Source of the DNA: Blasia pusilla
Lineage: Eukaryota
DNA length: 64,000 nucleotides
Assembly (NCBI GenBank): GCA_050084515.1
Contig: CM114271.1
Location: 24,242,001-24,306,000 of the forward strand
Direction: 5' to 3'
Below, piece after piece: positions 38,998 through 51,579 of the stretch. Made by a program: the position numbers and the translations under genes. Under the pieces are notes generated by a model, which was not told where the DNA came from, did not search any database, and worked only from the letters and a program-made list of their open reading frames with translations. Numbering within the stretch: position 1 is the first letter of the stretch; each line of letters opens with the position of its first letter.

Positions 38998-41900
38998 CCG
39001 TGTCATGAATTGAGACCTATCATTGGCTCCTCCAAGTGATTTTTTAATATGGAATGGGCAAGGCTCAAGCTCTGACCTCCGAATACCCAAACCAATACAT
39101 GCCGCCTTTCCCAACATCAAAGGTTGGGCACCAGAGTCTAACAAGACTCTATCTGGTCTATACACCTGTCTTGTAGGACTCACCAATTGGAATACCCCAC
39201 TCCGATTGTCTAACATATATACACCAGGTGTAAGCCTCTCACGATCAATGGCTGGCCGGGCTGGTAATGCATCCATCTTCGCCGGTGTTGCCTGCCAAAT
39301 AGGACTGGTACTCAATGCTACACCTGACATAGAGGGTCGCTCCACCGCAACACCCTCATCCACCTCAGCACGTGTAGCACTAACACCCCCATGTTCATAC
39401 AATGTGGCTGATAGCTAAAATACAGGAGCTAAGTCAGCTCTTAAAGCCATCAGCTCCATGGCCGAAAACAATGGGGATCCCAACACTGAAGTTGCCATCC
39501 GCAATACTGCACTAGATGCTGCATCCGTGTCTACTACACACAATGTAGATGCCTCAATCCCCACTGTCGGCTCAATAGGCTGCGTAGGAACCATGGATGG
39601 AGTCCTAAGCACCTCAGACAACAAGAATGACTTGGGAAGCCTAGCCTGCCTCCCGGCCTCACCCCTCTGTGGGTCCAACTCCACAGTAGCACCACGTGGC
39701 TCTGACGCTCGAGTGGCTCCTCTCATAACTGCAGCCGATGCCTCAACCTGTGTTGCACTCGCCATATAAGAGAGATCATCCCCTCCATAAGAGGTGGAAG
39801 CCCCTGCTCCCGAACCTGATCTATGTTGAATACTAGCCATAGTAGCCAACTTCTGCTCCAACTGCTCAATCCTGGCAGCCATAGCTGACTCTGTCGTAGT
39901 GGTAGGGGTAGCCACCGTAGGCTCTCCAACCATTGGTCCACCTCTACCATCTCTACCACCTCGGCCTCTCAGAGCTACTCCACCACGGCCGCGGCCTGAT
40001 CTCAACTCTGGATGAAGATGAAAGCAACGCTCTCGAGGATGACCTGGTCTACCGCAATGATCACACTGAGTTGGGGCCGACTGAGGCCCATCCTCCAAAG
40101 TCCGTTTCCCATCCTCTTGGGAACAAAACTTCCTAACATGATCACCTCCATATGTCCAACATGATTGTCCTTGTTGCGGGGTAGCAAATGAAGGCAATGG
40201 TCTTTGCGCAAGTGTCCCTCTAGGACCTGACTGAGGTCGTGTGTACCCCCCACGACTCCCACTACTACGAGACTGTGAGGTGGGTTGCTGAACACGAGAA
40301 GTAGTAGTTGTATCCCTACTGAATGCGGATGTCACCACTCTCTCCTTCACCATGTTAAGCTCAATCTTCTCAGATAGAGCAAACACATGGGTCAATGTGG
40401 GTGAATTATCACTCATAAGAGTAGCATCACGTACCCTGCGGCGCAACTCTCTGTCCAAGATCCCATACCAAAATTGGACTGCCTGAGCCTCAATCACACC
40501 CTGGGTAACTGAAATCAAGCGTCGCATATGAGTGTATGCCTCACGAAGACTCTCACCAGTCTTTCACTCAAATTCTTGAAGACTCCTTAACTTCTCTGTC
40601 TTCACTCCCTGATAGTTCTTCTTCAACCTCTTGAAGAACTCGCAATCAAGGCTAACGATGGTGGGGCACTAGTACCTCCACTAGTACCCCCACTGGTCCC
40701 TCCATGGGTACCTCCACTGGTACCCCCACTCCGGCTCGTACTCGTACCACTCAACGTCGGGCTGGCTGGCATAGTAGGAGCACTACTACCAATACCACCA
40801 TGGGTGATAGACACATAGCCTGGAGACCAATATTGCCTCCACGCCTCAATCTCAGCAACATGGTCCTTCCTAAACTCATGGTAATCATCCATGGGTGGTC
40901 CCTCCAAGTGCTAAAACAACCCCTTCCAAGCCAAGAAGGGTGTAAACAACGTGGCGTTCCGCAACATCTGCATATCACACCATGTATCAAACTCCTACAT
41001 GAAGTCCTCCAACTCAATGGTGCCCACTGCACCCGAGTATCGTCGTGGGCCCTTCATGGCCCCATATATCATGTCCATGTCCCAAATCAATGGAGCTGCA
41101 ACACTCGATAACAACGTAGAAGACTCGGTGTTTGGAACACCCTCGTCCTCCTCTTCATCAACCGTTGGAAGTGGAAAAGGTAGCTGATACCTAAATCCAC
41201 TCTGTGTGAAACCACCACTGTCCGCACCACGGTCCCCAACCAGACCACCAGACAGCTCCGTGATGACCAACGCCGATGCCGCACCACCACCAAATTATCA
41301 CCACTAAGTAACCAAGTGATGTCGATGTCGCTATACTATTCTAGCTCTACTAGCTATGGGTGTAGGCAACCTAACCTGTCATCACCACAAGAAGCCTCCC
41401 ACGGTCTACTGGTCATCACTCCAGCCTCACTACCGGTAGCACACACGAGTAACACTACTCTGGAAATCAGCGTCAACCCTAACAATGGGCGCGCAAGCAA
41501 GAAGCAACGATGGAGGGGATCCAAACACAGGAAGTCCAACAACAACCCTCCAATCGCAAATGGAAATCAAGGTAACACAATCCACCAAACGTGGCGCCCC
41601 CTGAATCCACAGAACCCATCACACAATTCTAACGCAATAGCTACTCCGCCGCGGGTCGATGACGTGCTAGTCGGACTCACAGCACTTGAAAATATCCCCT
41701 GCATGGAGAGGCTACACCGTACTATGCGCTAGAGGTACATCAACCAAAAACCTGAGATGCATAAAGCGCCTAACACATCTCCGAACAGCACCAAATGAGC
41801 TACAACAGTGTGTACACCGGCATAGTTAAGAACTCACCAATTAAGCGTCTTCCAGGCAGAATAGCCCAAAGATGGATGACCAGTTATGCAACACTCAAAT

Positions 41901-42750
41901 CACAAATCCTGCAAAAACTGCCTCACGCCCAAGCAAGCAAGCTTGCTTGCTTGCTCCTTGCTCCTTACTCCGCCTCTCACGCCCACTCGCCCCGAGCTAC
42001 CACGAGTTGCCTCGAAACCTCAAAACGCCGAGACATGCCCCTATCGCCATGCTTCGCTATGGAGAGAGGCCCAACCAGGGCGCCCCCAATGGGATAGGCG
42101 TCTCCAACAATGAACGAGTCACCAACCAACCATCCCCTCCGATCCGCTGTCCACCATAGCCCAGACCTTGAGCTAGTCCGCAAAATTTTGATCAGCAATT
42201 ACTTCACAAATCCTTGACCAAAATTGAATCTGTTACGACCAGAATTCAATTGACCACCATAGCTATCTCTCCACAAAAAAAGCTACAACCGAGCTCTGCA
42301 CTCTGAGCTAAAAATCAGACAAACTTGATGTCCATACACCTCCAGAATCGCAAACCGACAAAGGGTTCGCCCGATTTCATGCACGATAATCCGCAACGCT
42401 CCACACACTCGAGCAGATAGCTTCACATGAGATCACAATACAAGTAGCAACAAGAACCTCTCACCCGATCTGGATGAACTTCAACAGAGTTTCCGCACTC
42501 CAAGCTCTCCACATCAGAAAACCGTCGAACACGAACCAAAATCTTCAATCCTTGATAACTTCCAAATCCCTTGACGAAATCTTCCAACCTCCAACCTAAG
42601 AGCGGGCCCTACTAGAAAAGTCACCCTCAACTCAGTAACCCCCAACCCTATGTATGAAATCTCATCTCTACCTAGACACTGCGGCCCTACATAAGGTATG
42701 GCCTCTACTAGCACACTATACTCTACGACATAATCCGTATAGTCATGACA

Positions 42751-43056
42751 ACGATCGTACGTAAGCGCGAGGTATTATCGACCGGAGTCCTCATGTTGGA
42801 GGGACGGGATGGTATGGTTTGGAAGGATAATGTGTGCAATTGTGCGCCATGTCATTTTCGGAACGTAGATGGGACGGTGGATCCGAGCTTGGCAGTGGTA
42901 CCTGCAGGCTTGCGATATATGTTGTGTGGATCTGCGAGGGGTGCAGCCACCATGTTGGTATGCGATGGTTGTTCTCGAGGGTGGCATATGTCACGTATGA
43001 CCTCCCCTCTTTATGTGGTTCCTATGGGACGATGGATGTGTCCGAGATATGTATAG
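42751..43056 (+). pseudogene. A1 integrase C-terminus and PHD finger
   Basis: TIVRKREV..WKDNVCNCAPCH..YMLCGSARGAATMLVCDGCSRGWHMSRMTSPLYVVPMGRWMCPRY. Confidence 0.88.
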
Positions 43057-43270
43057 GGTATTAGGTCATGTCAGAGAGATGTGATATTTTCTATCTGGAG
43101 TTGGAGGAATCCAACTGCCAGCTAGGGGAGCCGTTGTGTGATCTCCATGTATATGTATGAGTTGATTTTTGTACATGCATGGATCGACCCGTGTGTGGGG
43201 AAGATCGGTGTTGTGTGGTGTAGATGTGACCAGCAATGTATGTTGTGTAGCGATATGTATGCGCACGACA

Positions 43271-43506
43271 CATGTCACCTTCCCAAAATTTATGCATGGG
43301 ACCATTGACGTAAGCTTGGTAGTGGTAACTTTAGGCTTGCATTGTATTTTTGTGGATTTTTAAGGGTTAAAACCTCCATGATAGTATCTGATGGGTATTC
43401 AAGAGTGTAGCACATGGCATGTTTCACCCTACCTCTCACTAGCATAGTGAGACGGGGAGGGGGTTCCTTGGGGATGATAGATGTGGCGATATGCATGCAT
43501 GTAACA
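43271..43506 (+). mobile_element. A0 3' remainder (decayed PHD and 3' terminus)
   Basis: HGTIDVSLVVVTLGLHCIF matches DGTVDPSLAVVPAGLRCML; ends gcgatatgcatgcatgtaaca. Confidence 0.7.
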
Positions 43507-43508
43507 AT

Positions 43509-44132
43509 TATCACATTTTTTTGGATTGGAGCATAGAGTATCCATAGGGCATATTTGAGGAGGTTAGATATTTTCCTAGTAGGTCAAGGATGACTTGATG
43601 AGAAGGAGGCTGATATGAGTATGTAGGTTCCTCCCCTATTTGGAGCCATTTTGAGGAACGTGTAATTTTGTAGTAAGATCCGTATGCTTTCCATTTGGGA
43701 AGGCTCCCCTTGATCCACTATCATATATGTAGATTAGGGTGGAGGAGGTGACATATATGCATATTTTACCAAGGAGAAGGCTTGGGGAAGGGAGGGAGAA
43801 TACACCACAAGGAGAGAGAGCTCCAAAACTCATTCTCTTGTTGTTGGACCTCCTTCCATGCATGAGGTGGCAAAGCTTTGCTTCACCTTGGCTTTTGACT
43901 CTTTGATCGAGTAGCCAGAGCCTATCACTTTGAGATTCGGTTTGGTTTGACATTAGAAATAGCTATGACGTGTAAGTGTGCAAGTGCTTGTTGAATTTAT
44001 ATTTTTTTGAGATCTTTTTGGTACATGATCATTAGTATGTGGGGACTTCATGATTGAGTATGATGTCTCATTTTATGACTGTATGTATGGTGATAAAGAT
44101 GTATGTTCTAAAATATTTTTCATATGCATGAC
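43509..44132 (+). mobile_element. Probable decayed family-A short derivative
   Basis: Body resembles 44530-45174 (atttggagccat..tgaggaac; gtttggtttgacatt). Ends tatcaca.. and ..tgcatgaca. TSD not recognisable. Confidence 0.5.
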
Positions 44133-44529
44133 ACCTTACAACACAAATCGTATAAAAAAACTAAATTAAAATGAATTATTATGATAAAAATATTTGTCTT
44201 CAATTCTAACCTCAAGGCCTAGACCATTGATATGCTAAAATGAAATGAGGATATGCAAGGAAGAAGAATACAACCGATTAAGATAAGTCATATCCAAAGA
44301 TAATTACTCAATTAAAGAACAAGAATGTGTGACTCAAGCAACCAAACTAGAGTAAGGGTTGCGATTACTAAAGAGTAAAAGGAAGTTAGGACTTGTACAT
44401 ATTGAAAAACACGAAGATGGATCTAAGTGTGGACATATAAAATATGCAAGAAACGTTGGATACTATGGATTGTTGAAATTGGAGAAACTTGAATGATGAG
44501 CACCACATGTATTTTGATAAAGAGGCATC

Positions 44530-45174
44530 TGTCACGTCTTTTAAGATAGATTGGTGATATCTAGTAAAGCGCCTTCGTGAGTAGTGAAGAACAGACTCAT
44601 TAGGTCGAGGATGACCTCGTGAGGCCCCGAGAAACTTGAGAGAGAAGGTTTTCCCTTTGTTTCAGCTCATTTGGAGCCATATTGAGGAACTTATTATTTT
44701 AGGTAAGTACCATTTTGAGTATATGATCAAATTTCTATTTTTGGTAATTGGCCTTTGACCTCCTACATCAGGTCAAGAGCCAAGGAGATGACTTGGGAGC
44801 ATAGGTTACCATGAAGAGAGTTTGGAAGAGGGGAGGGGTATACCTCAAGGAGAGAGAGCTTGAGAGCTCATTCTCTCTTTGTTGAACCTCTTGGCACGAG
44901 GTGGTGGAGCTATGGTCCCTTGCCTTGTGAGTGTAATCCAAGCCTCTCATTAGGAGAGTGGGTTTGGTTTGACATTGAGAGATAGACATGTGAGAATGCA
45001 CACATGTGAGAACTATGGTATTGTGAGAGAGATTGGATCTTATTTTATTGGAGATATTTTGGTATTTCTTGTCTCATTGTTTGGATGCCATGAGTTAGCA
45101 TGGGATCGTGTGTGTTTGTGTGTGTGTTCGATGACAACGATGTATGTTGTGTAGCGATGTGTATACGCACGACA
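44530..45174 (+). mobile_element. Non-autonomous family-A derivative
   Basis: TGTCACGTC...GTATACGCACGACA; TSD CATC/CACC. Confidence 0.8.
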
Positions 45175-45398
45175 CACCAAAACCGATGGCTATCAAGGAT
45201 CCAGAGGGATTTTGTGAGAAAGACCACAAGATTTGATCAGGTGTAAAGAAACACCAAAATTAGTGAATATTGGAAAAAGGAAATATCCTTGTTATATTAT
45301 ACCTTGTAGTGAAATAGATTAGATCTTCAATGATAGAATGGAAAAATGACTTAAATTCATGATTATTTTTTTATCTTGGATCAAGATGGGTGCAAATC

Positions 45399-45702
45399 CA
45401 AGGTTGCATATGAAGAAAGTCCATGTCCGTGGACATAGGTCCATCCTATGAAAGGACGTATTCATGTGGGCCTGACCTTTTCCTTCTTTCTCATCTCCCC
45501 CCATTTGCCTATATATATTCCATACTTTCCTGTTTCTTCCTCCCTCCCCCCCCTCTTATTGCTCTACTCGGCCTTGCCCTACTTTCCATCATGAACTATA
45601 AGTGTGAGTCCCACCTCTTATAATCGATGTCCCTAGACATGTCCAAACTTGTCCGTCCATGTCCGTCATAAGAACATACTTGTCCATTTTTGTAAAAGCA
45701 TG
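45399..45702 (+). mobile_element. hAT-type MITE
   Basis: CAAGGTTGCA start; perfect 8-bp TSD TGCAAATC. Confidence 0.9.
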
Positions 45703-46653
45703 TGCAAATCATATGTTAAATCTATTATACACTTATCAATAACATTTCTTCAAAACACATGACTATATAAGGCCAATGCTCAAATTTAATAGATTCGATA
45801 GAGATCTAAATAATACATTGAAACTATTAACTTCAATTCACTAATCATAGAGAGATTGGTAGGAATAAACTTAGCATTGGAAAAAAGTAAATAGAAAGAG
45901 ATCAAAATAAGAACTTGAGTTAAAATTCAATAATTTTTGGGTGCAAAAACTACATGGCGAAATTTTTTCAAAAACTCTAGATTTGGAGAAAATATTTAAT
46001 TTGTAATATAGAAATTGGGAGGGGAGTATATTGATGATTAGACTCTTATCCCCTAGTTATAGTGGCTTGTCATTTTTGGAAATACTCGTGGGGGGAGGGC
46101 CTTTGATGTCTTTATTTACTCCTTGATATCCCCTTCATAAGATATTTAACCAAACCTCACAAGCATGGATTCAAAATATTCATATGGACTTAATTGGAAG
46201 AGATTTCTTCAATAGGTCTTTATCTCCTCAAACTCATGCGGGTGAAACTTTTGATAATCCATATCAAAGGACTTTAATTCCATTATTACTTACTTCCTCA
46301 TACTAATTTTAAACCACTTTCTTGAACTTGTGGAACGTGTAGCCTTTGAAATAAAATCAGAGATTTTCCCAAATGAATAGTCCCATGCACTCAACTTTAT
46401 CTCTTCCAAATTCATTCATTGAAGACAAGTAGTGTAAATTCATTTCAACACATGGTATTAGAAATCAAGGCTTGAGACCAAAAGCTCTCTAATCAATCCT
46501 AGATTCCTAAGGCATTCAACTACTATTATCAAAAAAATCACGTGTCTATATGCTTACAATGTAAACTTGGTAGCCCCCTCATTCATGTGGAGCTTATTCT
46601 AAGTTGAGAAAATTGGAAATATCTGAAATACAAATTTAAACTTAAAACACAAA

Positions 46654-47281
46654 TATCGTGCGTGCACACATCGCTACACAATCCATATTGTTGGTCACAT
46701 CTACACACCACACAACACCGATCTTCCCCAACATACGTGTAGATCCACACATAAAAGAAATATACTCATGCATATACAAGGGGACCCCACAACAAAATCA
46801 CGAGTAGTAAAAACGGCTCACCCGGCCTAAAACTCCACTCCTCAATCTACATTGGCATATCGAACCACATCCACCCTCTATTATGAGGGAATCTGAAGGC
46901 TAGCACCCTAACTCCTACACACCCACACACGTCTATGCAAGAGAGGCGCTCCTAAGGCTCGACATGAGAAAGATGGCTTGAGAAAGCCATCTCTCTCACT
47001 CTTATACCCTTGGGACGAGCCAAAATTATCTTCCCCCAAAAATAGCCCTACCAACGGTAACCTACGTGCATAGGTCACCAAATGACCGTTTACTCGGTCA
47101 ACAAGTCACGTGACGGACTAAAACCAAAATAGGGAAATTTCCAGAAATGACGTTCCTGACACAACAGACCTGTCGCCAACCTCATCCGACATCTTGGGAC
47201 GAAGTTACACCCAAATAGCCCGCTGACTCACTATGCCGTCGACGCGATAGAACTCTACCTCGGTTGAAATAAGATGTGACA
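46654..47281 (-). mobile_element. Non-autonomous family-A derivative: first ~470 bp of A1 fused to its last ~140 bp
   Basis: 46800-47281 is the diverged reverse complement of 12597-13067. 46654-46795 is the diverged reverse complement of 43135-43270. Perfect TSD CAAA. Confidence 0.9.
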
Positions 47282-50200
47282 CAAATCCTAGGATCATGAA
47301 GTGAAATTGTGAAAATAACTCAGATTCCATTGAAACACAAGACTATTTTTCTCTTTCTAACAAAAGAGTTCCTCTATATCTACATTGTTGTTTTTGTCTT
47401 AGATATCCCTAAAATCTATTAAATCCTCCATCTTGAAAACAACTTTGATCCTAGCATGATCTGAACGGTCGAGATCCTCCATGGTTTTCAATTAGTATCT
47501 CCAACATCTAATTCAAAAGAAGTAAAACATATATTCTCCGTGATAGATTTATACCTAATGCAATGTCCTAGTTGAAGTTGTAGAAAAAGATATTTAAAAA
47601 TTCCCATCATTGATCTTCTTAATGCTTTTTTCATTTTCAAGGATGTTTTAATGAGGGATCGATTCCTAGATGCAACTTCTCGAAGATAGCATAGAATAGA
47701 TATTAACTACTACAAATTCTTGAAGAAAGAAATGTGGAAAACCAATCCTTCACTTTCTATGAGTGTCTTTTGTAGCCTCCAATATTTACTAGTAGATATG
47801 GTAATTTGAGACTCTTAACACTTTTTTAGAACTAGGCAATGGCTGTTGCAATGGATCCCATATTATAAAGTGCCAAGTTAGTAATATGATTTAGCATGGT
47901 TTGTTTTCCTCAATCATAAAATTTTGAACTAGATAAAATCTCCTTTATATTAGGGGTTAATCTATGGGTGTCACAAATTACAAATATTTTTTCAAATGAA
48001 AAATTGATTTTGCCAATTTTTTCAATAGGAATTCTACATGAATAAATTTTAAAAAGTTTTATCACCAAGATTTGTTTAAGAGATTTTTTTAATTTATTTT
48101 TCTTCCTATTTTAGAATATTTCCTTGAAAATTTGCAACCATATTAAGAATTTTTGCTTTACGAGTGGTTGTGAACTAGTCCTTGCTAAAGTTTGTAGTAA
48201 GAGCCCAAAAACCTTAATATTCTAGAAAATGATATATTTCTACTACAAGGAATTCTCAACCACTTGCTCTACACATTCAAATTTTATCTTTTTTCAAGAA
48301 ACACTAGTAAGGACCTTACTGAGTTCCACGAATCCCAATCCCAGTTGATTATTTTATGTTTCAATATCATTTTTTATTACCCTCAATTAACATGAAAAAA
48401 TTATTTTTGAGAAAAACCTACTGTCATGCGTCAAAAAAGGAAAATATATTTCTTTTTTGGAGCTTTTCTTGTAAAAAAAAGGAAGAAATGCGTAAAAAAG
48501 GTAAAAACAATTTTGACTTGTTTGATTTCACTTTCATAGTGGGGAATGCCATCTATATTATACGTAAGGAGGTAATCCCCACTATGAAATTGAACTTTCG
48601 TCTTCGGACCGAGAGGTCGGAAATGACTTTACGATTCTCACACTTTACATAGCACGAATCAACTATTTTGCATTTATAGAATTAACATGATAAAATATGT
48701 AACGCAAAATTTATTAAAAATCACACCTGAAAGTAATGAAATTCCAATGAAGAATGATGAGAAAAAGTAAAGTCGCTCTACTTTGCATGAACAAGTCATA
48801 AGTAAAGGGGCATTTATGGGGGCCTTTCTAGCTATTAAATTTCTCATAGAAAAAGTAGAACTCCTTTGTCTCCTCTTGGCTCACCCGGAAGTGCGAAAAT
48901 AAAATCACGTCTGAAAAGAAATAAGGTACTCCCTCCACAAGTTATTAGACAAATTTATGAGCCTACACGCCAAGATTTGATCTCCATGAAGCCTCGATCG
49001 ATCCATAAAGGAAAAGTTAAAGCTGACAAGCATAAGTGATAAATAAGTCACAAGCATAAGTGGTTCTTTCACACGTCCTTCGCATTCGACCATTAACTAA
49101 CTGAACTGAAGATTCTACTCTGCGCTGCCGGCTAAAATGGACCAACCAACTGCGTTGGGAGTTCTGACTGGGAGCTCCTATGGCGAGCGTGGCCGGTAAC
49201 CGGTTAAAGGCCAACTTTGGGTTGAGTAGACGTAGTTCACGGCATTATTGACGAGGAAGTTGAGGAACTGCACTTATACGATGCCATTAAGTGCGACCTG
49301 CAAAGTGAGAAAACCGGGAGACGGTCCTTGAGCGGTAACCTGAACGTCAAGTGGTCAAAGTGGGAAGGCGGAACGGGAAGCAGCCGCACGACGTCATGCG
49401 TAAGAGGGGTATTAGTTGACTGAGCAGTGCATTTTACTGCATAATCATGCAGAATCGCGGATTAGAAGGCGGATAATCGTGGATTAGGGGAGGTTTGATT
49501 AGTGGAATGATCGAATTAGTCTCGTGATGATACTAATGACGAGGACAGAGGACTTATTATGTGTCAGAGTCGCTAGAATCAGCACCCGAGATCGAGAAAC
49601 CGGGACCGCCGGGTTCCGGGCTGTTGGAAGCTTCCGTGCAAGGTTGTAGCCGGTCATCTGCCCAACGGCTCCGATCAGCCTAATTGTGGTTGGGTATGAC
49701 CAACCCGAGTCCACATTACGACACGATCAACTTTTTGGGAAAAGAAATATTCACACGTAATCCTTTTCTAAACGAATTTGTTTGCCACGTCTTTCTTTTC
49801 TAGCGCGTTTTTTTTTTCATTTATTTTTTATTAGTAGAGTGAATGTGCAATGCACGAAAATATATAAGTGATCTTGGAGTTTTTGCTACTATATAATTCG
49901 TGAATAGACTAATAATGTTGAATATAAATTCTTTTTTTTAATCTTTAGTGTACGAAGTATTTCTTTTATTTAGTAATCAAGAAGAAATTTTCCAATAATA
50001 ATATATATTTGATGATTTACTTGTTCTAAAGATAAAATTTATCAAACTAAAAAATAGAATATATCATGCAAGAATCTTTGCTACTTTGATGGTTATTTGA
50101 TTAAGGAGATGGAATTATCTATTGCATCATAGGTGATAGATGGATGGATAGAGTTGTATTTTTTCACCATTGTATGCATTTGAAAAAAAATTATATTGTA

Positions 50201-51579
50201 ACCTTTTACTGAGTGGTTCAATGAGGTTAGTTCCAATGACATAAAACTAGGATCAAATTTTTGACCTAGTTTAATTGATCCTTTGATTTCCTCATGATCC
50301 CCTAGTAACCTATGTATAATGATTACTTGTTTGTGACAATCTTCGGAAAGTGGGCAATATGCAGATTTCCCAAGGGTATAAAGGTAAAATAACATACTTG
50401 CTCAAAGTCATATTTTCATGTTGAAGTTAGAAATCATTAATTTTATTAAGGTTGGATGGAATCTAGTATAGTGCAATGTTGATTTCGTCATAGAATAGGA
50501 TGGAAGTGGCTTGATAATGTACACATATGATTGCCAATAGAGTTGTCGCTTTGTGCCATTTTCTTTGATTTTTACATGAGAAAAATAAGAGTGGGGAAAT
50601 GGTTAATTGTTGTGTGCACACGACTCGTCAAATTTTCTCACCGAGAGCTTGGTGGAGACATTATCATTTAGTGAGATCACTATTTTCTAATAAAGGCACT
50701 ACATGGAAAGCAATATCCGATTTTCTACATAATTCACCAATAATGAAACCTAACATACTAGCGAGAGCATAGTATGAAGGGAAAAGGTGTCCTTGTGTAG
50801 TGTACAAGCAATTGGAAAATGGAAAAAAAAAACAAAGAAATAGTGCAAAACCCAAAATTTAAATTGGGGGAAAACCACTTTTTTAGGTGGGGTTCAACTA
50901 AGACTTGCGGGATATGTCTGGACCAAACCATATAGGGGCTTGGTCCATATCACCAAAAAGTGGCTTATGGAATATAGCCACTAGGTTGCATTTATTGGCA
51001 AAGGGACTAATTGTGTATCCTCAACACATGGTTGCAATTGCACCATGCCATCATAGTAGTCGCACGGTCCAACTCAATCTTGACCAAGGCTAATTTGCAA
51101 TCTTTGTGTCAGCTTGCCAATTCGATATGTTAGTAAGACTTTGTGATTTTTGGGCATAATATTTCCATGAGATTTTTTATGACTCATAAGAGCTATCAAA
51201 CTATCACAAAATATCTTCCAATCTGCTTTAAGTCATCAAAGATTTAGGACTATTGCCATGCCAAAGCATGCCGACTCACATCAAACTATGTTGACAACAA
51301 GAAAATCATAGTTAATTGATGTCAACATATCAACATGGTAGTGTGGGAAGCTCATGATGAGCCTCGATGCTTGAATGTGTGAGGTGAGGTTTTCATAAAT
51401 GACATTATTTTTAGGTACTCAAGGAGAGGAGGTAGTTTAATTAGTAGAGGAGTAAGGTACCCTATGAGGTACTAAGGGTCTAGGAAGCATTGTCGATCCC
51501 AACTATAGTACCATTTCCTTTATTGAACAATGAGTCTCTTGATGTAATTGAGAGTGTTGCTAGTATTTTGTAGGGATAT

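Larger units (their letters stand above)
37380..41270 (-). pseudogene. gag: A2 gag and aspartic protease (split by the 37690-38997 insert)
   Basis: ORFs 39415-40527 (CDHCGRPGHPRERC, RGG tract), 38575-39402 (VLLDSGAQPL) and 37383-37754 (YDVLVG flap-side motif). Confidence 0.88.
32538..42750 (-). mobile_element. A2: second family-A element with both ends intact, nested in A1 integrase
   Basis: Sense ends TGTCATGAC (42750) and TTCGCACGACA (32538). TSD ATGA/ACGA (one CpG transition). Excision restores the A1 frame TAGR-TIVRKREV. No LTRs. Confidence 0.9.
12597..43270 (+). mobile_element. A1: LTR-less Ty3/Gypsy-like retroelement encoding Gag-PR-DNMT3-like-RT-RH-INT-PHD (with nested insertions)
   Basis: Ends TGTCACATC (12597) and GCGCACGACA (43270); perfect 4-bp TSD CATG; flanks rejoin as A0 coding sequence; no terminal direct repeat seen. 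Confidence 0.9.
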
